64,000 nucleotides of DNA from Candidatus Lustribacter sp. (GTDB lineage Bacteria; Vulcanimicrobiota; Vulcanimicrobiia; Vulcanimicrobiales; Vulcanimicrobiaceae), in the NCBI GenBank assembly GCA_965277805.1, contig OZ255842.1, forward strand, positions 1,600,001 through 1,664,000. The letters are read 5' to 3'. The notes under the pieces are model-generated. The model had not been told where the DNA came from. It saw only the letters and a program-made list of their open reading frames with translations, and did no database searches. Position numbers and translations under genes: made by a program. Below are positions 30,322-39,971 of the stretch, piece by piece; position 1 is the first letter of the stretch, and every line of letters starts with the position of its first letter.

Positions 30322-31475
30322 AGCACGTCACCTGCATCGAGGACCTGCGCACGCTTGCCAAGCGGCGGGTACCGCGCGCGTTCTTCGACTACGCCGACCA
30401 CGGCTCGTACACGCAATCGACGCTGCGCGCCAACCGCACCGATCTCGAAGCGATCAAGCTGCGCCAGCGCGTCGGCATCGACGTCGACCGGCGCGATCTC
30501 TCCACCACGATCGCGGGTGAAGCCGCCGCCGTCCCCTTCGTACTCGCGCCGATCGGGCTGTCCGGCATGCAGCACGGGGACGGCGAGATCCTCGCCTGCC
30601 GCGCGGCACAGGCCGCCGGCATTCCGTACACGCTCAGCACGATGTCGATCGATTCGATCGAAGACGTTGCCGCCGCGGTCGAAAAGCCGTTCTGGTTTCA
30701 GCTCTACGTGATGCGCGACCGCGGTTTCGTGCGCGAGCTGATCGAACGCGCGACGGCCGCCAAGTGCAGCGTGCTGATGCCGACCCTCGATCTGAACATC
30801 CTCGGCCAGCGCCATTGCGATGTGAAGAACGGCATGACGGTGCCGCCGGAACTCACGCTGCGCAACGTGCTCGACATCGCCTCGAAGCCCGCCTGGGCCT
30901 GGAGCGTTTGGCGCGGCAAGCGCAAGACCTTCGGCAACCTCGCCGGACACGTGGGCGGAATGGACGGCGTGACGTCGCTCGCGACGTGGGTGTCACGCCA
31001 ATTCGATCCGACGATGACCTGGAAAGACATCGAATGGATCCGCGGCTTGTGGCTGGGCAAGATCGTGCTCAAGGGCATTCTCGATCTCGAAGATGCCAAG
31101 ATCGCATCCAAACTCGGCGTCTCATCGATCGTCGTATCAAACCACGGCGGCCGCCAGCTCGACGGCGCTCCGTCGTCGATCGCCGCCTTGCCGGCCATCG
31201 CCGAGGCGGTCGGCAACGACGTCGAAGTGCTCTTCGACGGCGGCATCCGCACGGGGGCCGATGTCCTGCGCGCGCTGGCACTCGGCGCGCGCGCCTGTCT
31301 GATCGGCCGCGCATACGTCTACGGACTCGGTGCGGCGGGCGAAGCGGGCGTGAGCCGCGCGATCGACATCTTGCGCACGGAGCTCGACGTCGCGATGGCG
31401 CTCACCGGCACGACGTCGGTCCACGACGCGAGCCGCGCGGTTATCCCGAGCTCGCCGACGGACCGGCTTCGGTAA
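30318..31475 (+). CDS. FMN-dependent alpha-hydroxy acid dehydrogenase (LldD-like), no canonical start codon
   Basis: Frame reads (L)KHVTCIEDLRTLAKRRVPRAFFDY...WFQLY...SNHGGRQLD...DGGIRTG. Homology begins near 30318, far upstream of the first ATG (30567). Confidence 0.8.
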   Translation, partial: LKHVTCIEDLRTLAKRRVPRAFFDYADHGSYTQSTLRANRTDLEAIKLRQRVGIDVDRRDLSTTIAGEAAAVPFVLAPIGLSGMQHGDGEILACRAAQAAGIPYTLSTMSIDSIEDVAAAVEKPFWFQLYVMRDRGFVRELIERATAAKCSVLMPTLDLNILGQRHCDVKNGMTVPPELTLRNVLDIASKPAWAWSVWRGKRKTFGNLAGHVGGMDGVTSLATWVSRQFDPTMTWKDIEWIRGLWLGKIVLKGILDLEDAKIASKLGVSSIVVSNHGGRQLDGAPSSIAALPAIAEAVGNDVEVLFDGGIRTGADVLRALALGARACLIGRAYVYGLGAAGEAGVSRAIDILRTELDVAMALTGTTSVHDASRAVIPSSPTDRLR

Positions 31476-32934
31476 TTGCGTTAAATTCGGCTTCGCCGAG
31501 CTGCGATGGGTCGCCGCGCATGAACAGCGCGTAGGCAGCCAGCGCGACGATGATGCCGAAGAACCAGCCGCCCTGCCAGAAGATGTGCAGCGGTGCGTAC
31601 ACGAGCCCCAGCACCGGGAGAATCCAGCCGACCACGAGCGCCGCGACGGCCTTCAAATTGGTGCCGCCGGAATACGTGTACCGGCCGCTGTTTTGATAGA
31701 GTGCGACGAGGTCGAGACGCAGCGCGCGCACGAGCCAGTAGTCGGCGATCGCGATTCCGTCGAACGGGCCGAGCAGCGTGCCGTACGAGCCCAGCCACGT
31801 GAAGATGTAGTTGCTGAACGCGGCCAGCACGTACCACGGCTGCATCACGAGCGAGAGCAGCCCGGTGAGTATCGCGCCGATCGCAAACGTAATCACGCGC
31901 GGCCAGAGATTCTCGAACGCGCGCGCGGGTGCCATCACGTTTGCGCCGACGTTGATCGTGATCGACGAGAGGATCACGACGATGCCGCCGATCAGCACGA
32001 CCGCGGTCGGAAAGGTCAACAGCAAATCGACCGGGTTCCAGAGCGCTTTGCCGTAGAGCGCCACGGTCACCGACGTGACAGCGATGCCCGTGAACGCGAA
32101 CAGCGCCATCACGACCGGCATCACGAGTTGTCCGCGCATCTGCCCGGCCTGTGTTTGCGCGTAGCGCGAGTAGTCCGGAATGTTGAGCGCGAGCGTGGCC
32201 CAGAATGAGACGACGCCGATCACCGAGGGAAAGAACGCGGCCCAAAATGCGCCGCCGCTCAGCGTGCCCGGGCTCGCGAGCATGTTGCCGACACCGTGCA
32301 CCGCGTCGGCGCCCCACACGAAGAGCGCGATCGCAGCCACCGCCAGCGTCGGCGCGGCCAGCGCGGCAAGACGTCCGATCGCCTGCGGTCCGCGCATCGC
32401 GATCCCAACGTTGAGGATCCAGAACAAACCGAACGCCACCCAAAGATGAAGGCTGAACCCGAGCCACGCCGGCACCAAACGGCCCACGATCGCATCGAGC
32501 GCCAAACCGCCGAACCACGAATTGATCCCGAACCAGCCCGCCGCGATCACCGCGCGCGCGAGCGCCGGTAAGTGCGCGCCGCGCGTGCCGAACCACAGCC
32601 GTGCGAAGACGGGATACGGGATGCCGTAGCGCGTGCCGGCATGCGCGACGAGCAGAATCGGGATCAGCACGACCACGCTGCCGGTGAACACCGTCAGCAC
32701 GGCTTGCCACCAGTTCATGCCGAGCGAAATCATGCCGCTCGCCAGCGAGTAGGTCGGTATGCACAAGCACATCCCGATCCAGAGCGAAGCGAAACGGTTC
32801 GAGCCCCAGTCGTGCTCCGCGCGCGTGCACGGCCGCAGATCGTCGTTCCAGAACTCGGTGTTCTGCGCCACCGCAGCGACGCCGGCGGCATTGAGCGTGA
32901 CGATGCCGTTCTCGAGAACCTGCGTCTTGGGCAC
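31441..32934 (-). CDS. NCS1 family nucleobase:cation symporter
   Basis: WNDDLRP, GTRYGIPYPV, WATLALNIPDYSRY and many transmembrane segments. Confidence 0.92.
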   Translation of the reverse strand: MPKTQVLENGIVTLNAAGVAAVAQNTEFWNDDLRPCTRAEHDWGSNRFASLWIGMCLCIPTYSLASGMISLGMNWWQAVLTVFTGSVVVLIPILLVAHAGTRYGIPYPVFARLWFGTRGAHLPALARAVIAAGWFGINSWFGGLALDAIVGRLVPAWLGFSLHLWVAFGLFWILNVGIAMRGPQAIGRLAALAAPTLAVAAIALFVWGADAVHGVGNMLASPGTLSGGAFWAAFFPSVIGVVSFWATLALNIPDYSRYAQTQAGQMRGQLVMPVVMALFAFTGIAVTSVTVALYGKALWNPVDLLLTFPTAVVLIGGIVVILSSITINVGANVMAPARAFENLWPRVITFAIGAILTGLLSLVMQPWYVLAAFSNYIFTWLGSYGTLLGPFDGIAIADYWLVRALRLDLVALYQNSGRYTYSGGTNLKAVAALVVGWILPVLGLVYAPLHIFWQGGWFFGIIVALAAYALFMRGDPSQLGEAEFNAITEAGPSASSG

Positions 32935-33818
32935 TAGATCTCGACCATCTCACCGTACGTTTCGGGCCGGCGGTCGCGATAGAACTGCCACGTGTTGCGC
33001 ACTTCTTCGATCAGGCGGCGGTCCATATCGCCGATCACGACCTCATCTTTGTCGCGGCTCCCGATCGCCACGAACTGACCGCGCGGGTCGACCAGATAGG
33101 ACTGGCCGTAGAACTCGCCCATGTTCCAGGGCGCTTCGAAACCGACACGATTGATCGCGCCGACGTAGTAGCCGTTGGCCACCGCGTGCGCGGGCTGCTC
33201 GAGCTTCCACAGGTATTCGGAGAGTCCGGCGACGGTGGCCGAGGGGTTGAACACGATCTCGGCGCCGTTGAGGCCGAGCAGCCGCGCGCCTTCGGGGAAG
33301 TGGCGGTCGTAGCAAATGTAGGCGCCGATGCGCGCAAACTTCGTCTGGAACGTCGGAAAACCGGCGTTACCGGGTTTGAAGTAATACTTCTCCCAGAACC
33401 CGCAGCCGGCCGGCCCCGCCGCCACTTGCGGAATGTGGTGCTTGCGATAGATGCCGAGCACCGAACCATCGGCGTCGATGATCACCGCGGTGTTGTAGTA
33501 CACGCCGCTGATCGTGCGTTCGTACAGCGGCACGACGAGCGCGATGCCGAGTTCGCGCGCGAGATCCTGCATCAGGCGCGTCGTCGGACCGTCGGGCACG
33601 ACCTCGGTCGCTTCGTACCATTTCGGATCTTGCTCGGTGCAGAAATAGGGACCGTAGAAGAGCTCTTGCAAGCACACGATCTGCGCGCCCTTTTGGGCCG
33701 CCTCGCGGATCATCTTCACGTGCTTGTCGATCGCGACGCGTTTGTGCACCTCGACCGGCTCTCCGCCCGGTGTGTCATGGTGCGCTTGGACGAGTCCGAT
33801 TTTTACGATGTCGCTCAC
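32934..33818 (-). CDS. beta-ureidopropionase (nitrilase superfamily)
   Basis: CLQELF, YRKHHIP, ICYDRHFPE and WQFYRDRRP. Confidence 0.92.
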   Translation of the reverse strand: MSDIVKIGLVQAHHDTPGGEPVEVHKRVAIDKHVKMIREAAQKGAQIVCLQELFYGPYFCTEQDPKWYEATEVVPDGPTTRLMQDLARELGIALVVPLYERTISGVYYNTAVIIDADGSVLGIYRKHHIPQVAAGPAGCGFWEKYYFKPGNAGFPTFQTKFARIGAYICYDRHFPEGARLLGLNGAEIVFNPSATVAGLSEYLWKLEQPAHAVANGYYVGAINRVGFEAPWNMGEFYGQSYLVDPRGQFVAIGSRDKDEVVIGDMDRRLIEEVRNTWQFYRDRRPETYGEMVEI

Positions 33819-33834
33819 GTTCTTGGGTGTCCTA

Positions 33835-35241
33835 TTACAGTGCGATGGGGCGGAAGGGAGCGGATTTTTGACGGATGCCTTTGCCCGTCTCGCCGACGTA
33901 GCTGCCGTTTTCAGCCACCAATCGTCCGCGCGAGAGCACGTAGCGCGGACCGCCGCGGATCGACATGCCCTCGAAGATGCTGTTGTCGGCTTTCATGTGA
34001 TGCGACGACGCCGAGATCGTCCGCTCGCTCGACGGATCCCAGACGACGAGGTCGCCGTCGGTTCCGACCGCAATCGTGCCCTTACGCGGGAAAAGCCCGA
34101 ACAGCTTGGCCGGATTCGTCGACACCATCGCGACGAACTGGTTGAGCCCCACGAAGCCGCTATTGACGATGCGCTCGTAGATCACGGCCACACGATCTTC
34201 GATCGTCGCGGCACCGTTCGGGATCTTCGAGAAATCGTTTTCGCCGAGCTTCTTCTGCTCGCACAAAAACGAACAGTGGTCGGAGCCGATCGTCTGCAGT
34301 TCGCCGTTCTTCAGCTTGCCGATCAGAACGTCTTGGTTCCACTTATCGCGCAGCGGCGGCGACATCACGTAGTTCGCGCCGGCAAAATCCGGGCGGTCGT
34401 AGTCGGTGGTGTCGCACACGAGATACTGCGGACACGTTTCGCCGTAGATCGGCAAACCGCGCTTGCGGCCGTCGCTGATCTGGTCGGCGGCCCCGCCGCT
34501 CGAAACGTGCACCACGTAGAGCGGCGAACCCGACACCTCGGCGAGATAGATCGCGCGCGCGGTGGCTTCCATCTCGAGCTGCACCGGGCGCGTGAGCGCA
34601 TGATATTTCGGCGCCCGCTGCCCGGCTTCGAGGGCTTCCTTGACGGTGACTTCGATGACGTCGCCGTTCTCGGCGTGCACTTGCACGAGGCCGCCGAATT
34701 TGGCGCAGGCTTGCATCGTGCGAAAGATCGTCTCGTCATCGACCTGCAAGATGTGCTTGTAGGCCATGAAGCACTTGAACGAATTCACGCCTTCTTGCTC
34801 GATCATGACGGGGATCTCTTCGAGCGTTTCCGGCCGCCCATCGGCGATCGTCAGATGGAAGGCGTAGTCGATCGAGGCGTTGCCGGCCGCCTTCTTGTTC
34901 CACGTCTTGAGCGCGTTCGCGAGCGAATCGCCCTTCGTGTGCAACGCGAAATCGACGATCGTCGTGGTGCCGCCGATCGCGGCCGCAGCCGTACCGCTGG
35001 CGAAGTCGTCGGCCGTGACGGTGCCGCCGAACGGCATGTCGAGGTGCGTGTGGGGATCGATGAAGCCTGGAAACACGAGGCAGCCCGACGCATCGATGAC
35101 CTTCGACCCCTCCGCAGTGGGGATCGCGTTTGCGATCGAGGAGATGACCCCGTCCTCAACGAGGATGTCGGCGTCGAACCGGTCGGTTGCCGTGACGATG
35201 GTGCCGCCTTTTACGATGGTACGGATAGCCGTTCTCTCCAC
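33835..35241 (-). CDS. hydA: dihydropyrimidinase
   Basis: IDPHTHL, SFK, HAENG, MSPPLR, GSDHC and NPAKLFGLFPRKG. Confidence 0.94.
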   Translation of the reverse strand: MERTAIRTIVKGGTIVTATDRFDADILVEDGVISSIANAIPTAEGSKVIDASGCLVFPGFIDPHTHLDMPFGGTVTADDFASGTAAAAIGGTTTIVDFALHTKGDSLANALKTWNKKAAGNASIDYAFHLTIADGRPETLEEIPVMIEQEGVNSFKCFMAYKHILQVDDETIFRTMQACAKFGGLVQVHAENGDVIEVTVKEALEAGQRAPKYHALTRPVQLEMEATARAIYLAEVSGSPLYVVHVSSGGAADQISDGRKRGLPIYGETCPQYLVCDTTDYDRPDFAGANYVMSPPLRDKWNQDVLIGKLKNGELQTIGSDHCSFLCEQKKLGENDFSKIPNGAATIEDRVAVIYERIVNSGFVGLNQFVAMVSTNPAKLFGLFPRKGTIAVGTDGDLVVWDPSSERTISASSHHMKADNSIFEGMSIRGGPRYVLSRGRLVAENGSYVGETGKGIRQKSAPFRPIAL

Positions 35242-36464
35242 GTGTGCGCGCTCTCGCCGCTGTCGACCCGCACCATCGTGATGCAGTTGTCGACCGGGCA
35301 GACCATGCTACACAGATTGCAGCCGACGCAGTGTTCTTCGTCGACCTTCAGGGTGGTTTCGCCGCGCTCGTCGACGAGCCGGTCGATGCACTGGTGGGCC
35401 GCGTCTTCGCACGCGATCCAGCAACGGTTGCAGCTGATGCAGGTGTCGAGGTCGATATTGGCCACGATCTTGTAATCGAGGTTGAGGTCGTTCCAATCGA
35501 CGAAGCGCGGAACGGTCTTGCCCACGATCTCGGCGACCGAAGCGATGCCGCGGTCGTCGAGGTAGTTGTTGAGTCCCTCGATCATGTCGCCGACGATGCG
35601 GAACCCGTCGCGCATTACGGCCGTACACACTTGCACGTTGGTCGAGCCCATCAGCATGAACTCGACGGCGTCGCGCCAGGTCGCGATTCCGCCGATCCCG
35701 GAGATCGGGACCGTCACCTGCGGATCGCGTGCGCAATCGCCGACCATGTTGAGCGCAATCGGCTTGATTGCGGGCCCGCAGAAACCGCCGTGCGACGATT
35801 TCCCGTCGACGTGCGGAATCGGGTTCCAGGTCTCGAGGTCGACTCCCATGAGGCTGTTGATCGTGTTGATCAGGGAGATCGCATCGGCGCCGCCGTGTGC
35901 GGCCGCGCGCGCGGTGTAGCGCACGTCGGTGATGTTCGGCGTGAGCTTCACGATCACCGGAACCTTCGCGGCCTCTTTCGTCCAGCGCGTGATCTGCTCG
36001 ACCAGCTCCGGATCCTGTCCGACGGCCGACCCCATGCCCCGCTCCGACATGCCGTGCGGACAGCCGAAATTCAGCTCGAAGCCGTCGACCGGAACGGTCT
36101 GCACGGCGTTGACGAGATCGTGCCAGGCCTTTTGATTGCAGTCGGTCATCAGCGACGCGACGATCGCGCGATCGGGATATGCGGCTTTGCACTCCGCGAT
36201 CTCGCGCAGGTTGTCGGCCAGCGGACGATCGGTGATCAGCTCGATGTTGTTCATGCCGAGCATTTTGGCCGCGCCTATGTTGAGACCGGCGAAGCGCGAG
36301 GTCACGTTGACGATCGGATCGCCGAGCGTCTTCCACACCACGCCGCCCCAGCCGGCGGCGAACGCGCGCATCACTTGATAACCGGAGTTCGTCGGCGGCG
36401 CCGACGCGAGCCAGAACGGATTCGGACTGCGGATGCCCGCGAGGTTACTCGAGAGGTCGGCCAT
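35211..36464 (-). CDS. preA: NAD-dependent dihydropyrimidine dehydrogenase subunit PreA
   Basis: NPFWLASAPPT, LNFGCPHGMSERGMG and a C-terminal 2x[4Fe-4S] domain. The ATG overlaps the preT stop. Confidence 0.95.
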   Translation of the reverse strand: MADLSSNLAGIRSPNPFWLASAPPTNSGYQVMRAFAAGWGGVVWKTLGDPIVNVTSRFAGLNIGAAKMLGMNNIELITDRPLADNLREIAECKAAYPDRAIVASLMTDCNQKAWHDLVNAVQTVPVDGFELNFGCPHGMSERGMGSAVGQDPELVEQITRWTKEAAKVPVIVKLTPNITDVRYTARAAAHGGADAISLINTINSLMGVDLETWNPIPHVDGKSSHGGFCGPAIKPIALNMVGDCARDPQVTVPISGIGGIATWRDAVEFMLMGSTNVQVCTAVMRDGFRIVGDMIEGLNNYLDDRGIASVAEIVGKTVPRFVDWNDLNLDYKIVANIDLDTCISCNRCWIACEDAAHQCIDRLVDERGETTLKVDEEHCVGCNLCSMVCPVDNCITMVRVDSGESAHTWRERLSVPS

Positions 36465-37738
36465 TAACGCGCTCCTTTCCGTAGAAAACCGTCGACGGTT
36501 CGGGCCGCCGTCTTGCCGCGCTCGGCCGCTTCGACGACCATCGCATCGCTTGCGCCCGCGCGGAACATGCAATCGCCGGCCGCAAACACGGCCGGTTTGT
36601 TCGTGCGCATGTCCGAGTCGACCACGACCACGCCGTGTTCGTGCACCACCCCGAACGCATCGAGCAGGGCGGCGAACTTCGACTGACCGATCGCCGGGAT
36701 CACGTTGTCGACCGGGATCACGTACTCGCTGCCCGCGATCGGCCGCGCGGTGCCGGCCGGGTCGGTGCGAATCAGCTCGAGTCCCGTCACGCGGCCGGCC
36801 ATCGTGATGATGCGGTGCGGCAGCACGTTGAAGCGAAACTCCACGCCTTCGCTCTTCGCGAACTCGATCTCGAATTCGTAGGCGGTCATGCGCTCGGGGC
36901 CGCGACGGTAGAACATCGTCACCGAGCTCGCGCCCAAACGCTTCGAGGCGGTCGCCGCATCGATCGCGGTGTTACCGCCGCCGATCACCGCGACTGTGTC
37001 GCCGAGACCCGGAACGACGCCGTCGAGCTTCGCGGTACGAATGAAGTCGAGGGCGTCATAAACGCCGGCGGCATCTTCGCCCGGAATGTTCAGCTTCGGC
37101 ACCTTGCCCATGCCGAAGGCGATCACGACCGCGTCGTAATCGGCCAGCAGTTTCTCCGCCGCCAGATCCGTGCCGACGTTCACGCCGGTTTGGATGTCGA
37201 CGCCCAAACGCCGCACTTGCTCGGCTTCCCACACCGCCACGTCGACCGGCAGGCGGAACGGCACGATGCCGTAGGTGTTGAGTCCGCCGGCGAGATCATC
37301 GCGCTCGAAGATCGTCACCGCGTGACCCATGATCGCGAGATCGCGAGCGGCTGAAAGACCGGCCGGGCCGCCGCCGACGATGGCGACGCGCTTGCCGGTT
37401 GCCGGTCCCGGCTTGAAGAGCAGCCGCCCGTCGGCGATCAGCCAGTCGGTCGCGTGCTGCTGCAATTGGCCGATGCGGATCGGCGAGTTGTCGGGCGCAT
37501 AGACGCACGCGCCCTCGCACAACTCGTCGGTCGGACATACGCGGGCGCAGCTGGCGCCCATCGGGTTCGCTTCCATGATCGTCCGCGCGCTGCCGGCCAG
37601 ATCGCCGGCGGCGATGCGCCGGATGAAGCGCGGGATGTCGATTGAGGTCGGGCACGCGGCCATACACGGCGCGTCGTAGCAGTTGAGACACCGGTTCGCC
37701 TCGACTTTAACGTCGAGCGGCGTCATGGGTTCGGCCAT
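36464..37738 (-). CDS. preT: dihydropyrimidine dehydrogenase subunit PreT (GltD-like)
   Basis: EANRCLNCYDAPC, GGGPAGL and GGGNTAID; adjacent to preA. Confidence 0.9.
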   Translation of the reverse strand: MAEPMTPLDVKVEANRCLNCYDAPCMAACPTSIDIPRFIRRIAAGDLAGSARTIMEANPMGASCARVCPTDELCEGACVYAPDNSPIRIGQLQQHATDWLIADGRLLFKPGPATGKRVAIVGGGPAGLSAARDLAIMGHAVTIFERDDLAGGLNTYGIVPFRLPVDVAVWEAEQVRRLGVDIQTGVNVGTDLAAEKLLADYDAVVIAFGMGKVPKLNIPGEDAAGVYDALDFIRTAKLDGVVPGLGDTVAVIGGGNTAIDAATASKRLGASSVTMFYRRGPERMTAYEFEIEFAKSEGVEFRFNVLPHRIITMAGRVTGLELIRTDPAGTARPIAGSEYVIPVDNVIPAIGQSKFAALLDAFGVVHEHGVVVVDSDMRTNKPAVFAAGDCMFRAGASDAMVVEAAERGKTAARTVDGFLRKGAR

Positions 37739-37841
37739 CGGCGGGCCGAGTACACGGGACGAGTCCATCCGGGAAGGAACGAGACGCAGCCGCCGTAATC
37801 CTCTATGTTTCTGGCCAACGCATCCCATTGGAGAGACGCGC

Positions 37842-39197
37842 GTGATCGTCACCGAAGACCTCAAGACCCTGCACCGTGACTACGTCCTGACGCCCTGGAT
37901 CGCCCAAGGCAACGTCGACGTTCCGGTGATCGTGCGCGGCGAGGGGTTCTATCTTTACGACGCCGACGGGAAGCGTTACGCCGACCTCTCCTCGGGGCTC
38001 GTCGCGGTCAATCTCGGGCACGGCAACCGTACGGTGCTCGACGCAATGCACGCGCAAATCGACAAGCTCTGCTTCAGCCCGCCGAGCTGGTTCCAAGACT
38101 CCCGGGCCAAGCTCGCCCAGGCGATCGTTGCCATTTCACCCTGGGGCGGCAAGGAGGGCGCGCGCGTTTTCTTCACCTCCAGCGGCGCGCAAGCGAATGA
38201 AGACGCGGTCAAGTTCGCCCGCATGCTGACGGGGCGAAACAAGGTCCTGACCGCATACCGCTCGTTCCACGGCGCAGCCGCCGGCGCGGCCGCACTCACC
38301 GGCGAGAACCGCCGCTGGAGCAACGAGCCCGACACGATGCCGGGTGTGGTGCACTTCTGGGCCAACTACCCCTATCGCAGCCCCTTCTACAGCGAGGATC
38401 CCAAGGTGCAGGTCGAGCGCGGACTCGCCCACCTGCGCGACGTGATCTCGGCCGAAAACCCCGATTCGATCGCGGCCATTTTGCTCGAACCGGTGGTCGG
38501 TTCGAACGGCGTCATCGTGCCGGCCGACGGCTATCTGGCCGGCATCCGCGCGCTGTGCGACGAGTTCGGCATCCTGCTGATCCTCGACGAAGTAATGACC
38601 GGCTTCGGCCGCACCGGCGCCGCATTCGGCGCAACCCGTTTCGATATCGTGCCGGATATGATCACCTTCGCGAAGGGTGTCACCTCGGCGTACTCACCGT
38701 TGGGCGGCGTGCTGGTGCGCGAATCCCTCGCGCAGGCCTTCGATACACGGCCGCTCGGCGCGGGCCACACCTACAGCGGTCACCCGCTCAACATGGCGGC
38801 CGGCATCGGCGCGATCGCGGCCTATCAGGCCGGCGGATACTTCGAACGCGGGAAGACGACGATCGAAGGCTGGATGCGCCAGAAACTCGGCAAGATCCAG
38901 GATAAGCACGAGATCGTCGGCGACGTGCGCGGCATCGGCGCGTTCTTCGCACTCGAGTTCGTCTCGGATCGCAAGAAGCGCACGCCGCTGATCCCGTGGC
39001 AGGGGAAGAGCATGGGCGTCATGCCGACCCTCTTCGGCGCGCTGCGCAAAGGTGGCGTCTACGCGTTCGGCCGTTACAACCTCATCCACATCGCCCCGCC
39101 GCTCACGGTCGAGGAAGCCGAACTCGACGAAGCCTTCGCGACGCTGGACAGCGCCATCGGTGAACTCGAAACCGCCTACGCCGCTTCGCAAAAATAA
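37842..39197 (+). CDS. class III aminotransferase (probable beta-alanine transaminase)
   Basis: SFHG, DEVMTGFGRTG, FAKG and GHTYSGHP. GGAG precedes GTG 37842. Divergent from the pyrimidine operon. Confidence 0.9.
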   Translation: MIVTEDLKTLHRDYVLTPWIAQGNVDVPVIVRGEGFYLYDADGKRYADLSSGLVAVNLGHGNRTVLDAMHAQIDKLCFSPPSWFQDSRAKLAQAIVAISPWGGKEGARVFFTSSGAQANEDAVKFARMLTGRNKVLTAYRSFHGAAAGAAALTGENRRWSNEPDTMPGVVHFWANYPYRSPFYSEDPKVQVERGLAHLRDVISAENPDSIAAILLEPVVGSNGVIVPADGYLAGIRALCDEFGILLILDEVMTGFGRTGAAFGATRFDIVPDMITFAKGVTSAYSPLGGVLVRESLAQAFDTRPLGAGHTYSGHPLNMAAGIGAIAAYQAGGYFERGKTTIEGWMRQKLGKIQDKHEIVGDVRGIGAFFALEFVSDRKKRTPLIPWQGKSMGVMPTLFGALRKGGVYAFGRYNLIHIAPPLTVEEAELDEAFATLDSAIGELETAYAASQK

Positions 39198-39200
39198 TAT

Positions 39201-39971
39201 CTGAAGATCGCCACCTACAATATCAACGGCATCGAGCGGCGTTTGCAGAACCTGCTCGATTGGCTGCGCGCCGCTGCGCCCGACGTCGTTTGTTTGCAAG
39301 AGATCAAGTGCACGAACGCCGCCTTTCCACAGGCGGACTTAGAACGAGCGGGTTACGGTGCGATTTGGCGCGGCCAAGGGCCGCACCACGGCGTTGCGAT
39401 TCTCGCGCGCGATACCGAGCCGATCGAAACGCGTCGCGAACTTCCCGGTGATCCGAGCGACCGGGAAGCGCGCTACATCGAGGCAGCGGTCAACGGCGTG
39501 TTGGTGGGCAGCATCTACATGCCCAACGGCAACCCGCAGCCCGGTCCGAAATTCGACTACAAGCTCGCCTGGTTCGCGCGCTTTCTCACCTATGCGGCCG
39601 AGTTGCAAGCAGCGAACGTTCCGGCCGTGCTCGCCGGCGATTACAACGTCGTGCCGACCGACGCCGACATCTACGACGTGCGTTCATGGAAAGATAACGC
39701 GCTCGTCCAGCCCGAACCGCGCGCCTTGTTCGCGCTGATGAACGATCGTGGCTGGACCGACGCCGTGCGTTCACTCCATCCCGACGAACCGATGTACACG
39801 TTCTGGAGCTACCTGCGCAAGCGCTGGGAGCGCGACGCCGGCATGCGCCTCGACCATCTGATGCTCGGCCGCGCAATCACCGCACGCCTAGCCGCGGCCG
39901 GCGTCGATCGCGAGGTGCGCGGCGAGCCGAACGCGAGCGATCACGCGCCCGCATGGATCACCTTGTCGTAG
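39201..39971 (+). CDS. xth: exodeoxyribonuclease III family nuclease, probable CTG start
   Basis: (L)[28 protein letters not shown] and SDHAP. Confidence 0.92.
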   Translation: MKIATYNINGIERRLQNLLDWLRAAAPDVVCLQEIKCTNAAFPQADLERAGYGAIWRGQGPHHGVAILARDTEPIETRRELPGDPSDREARYIEAAVNGVLVGSIYMPNGNPQPGPKFDYKLAWFARFLTYAAELQAANVPAVLAGDYNVVPTDADIYDVRSWKDNALVQPEPRALFALMNDRGWTDAVRSLHPDEPMYTFWSYLRKRWERDAGMRLDHLMLGRAITARLAAAGVDREVRGEPNASDHAPAWITLS

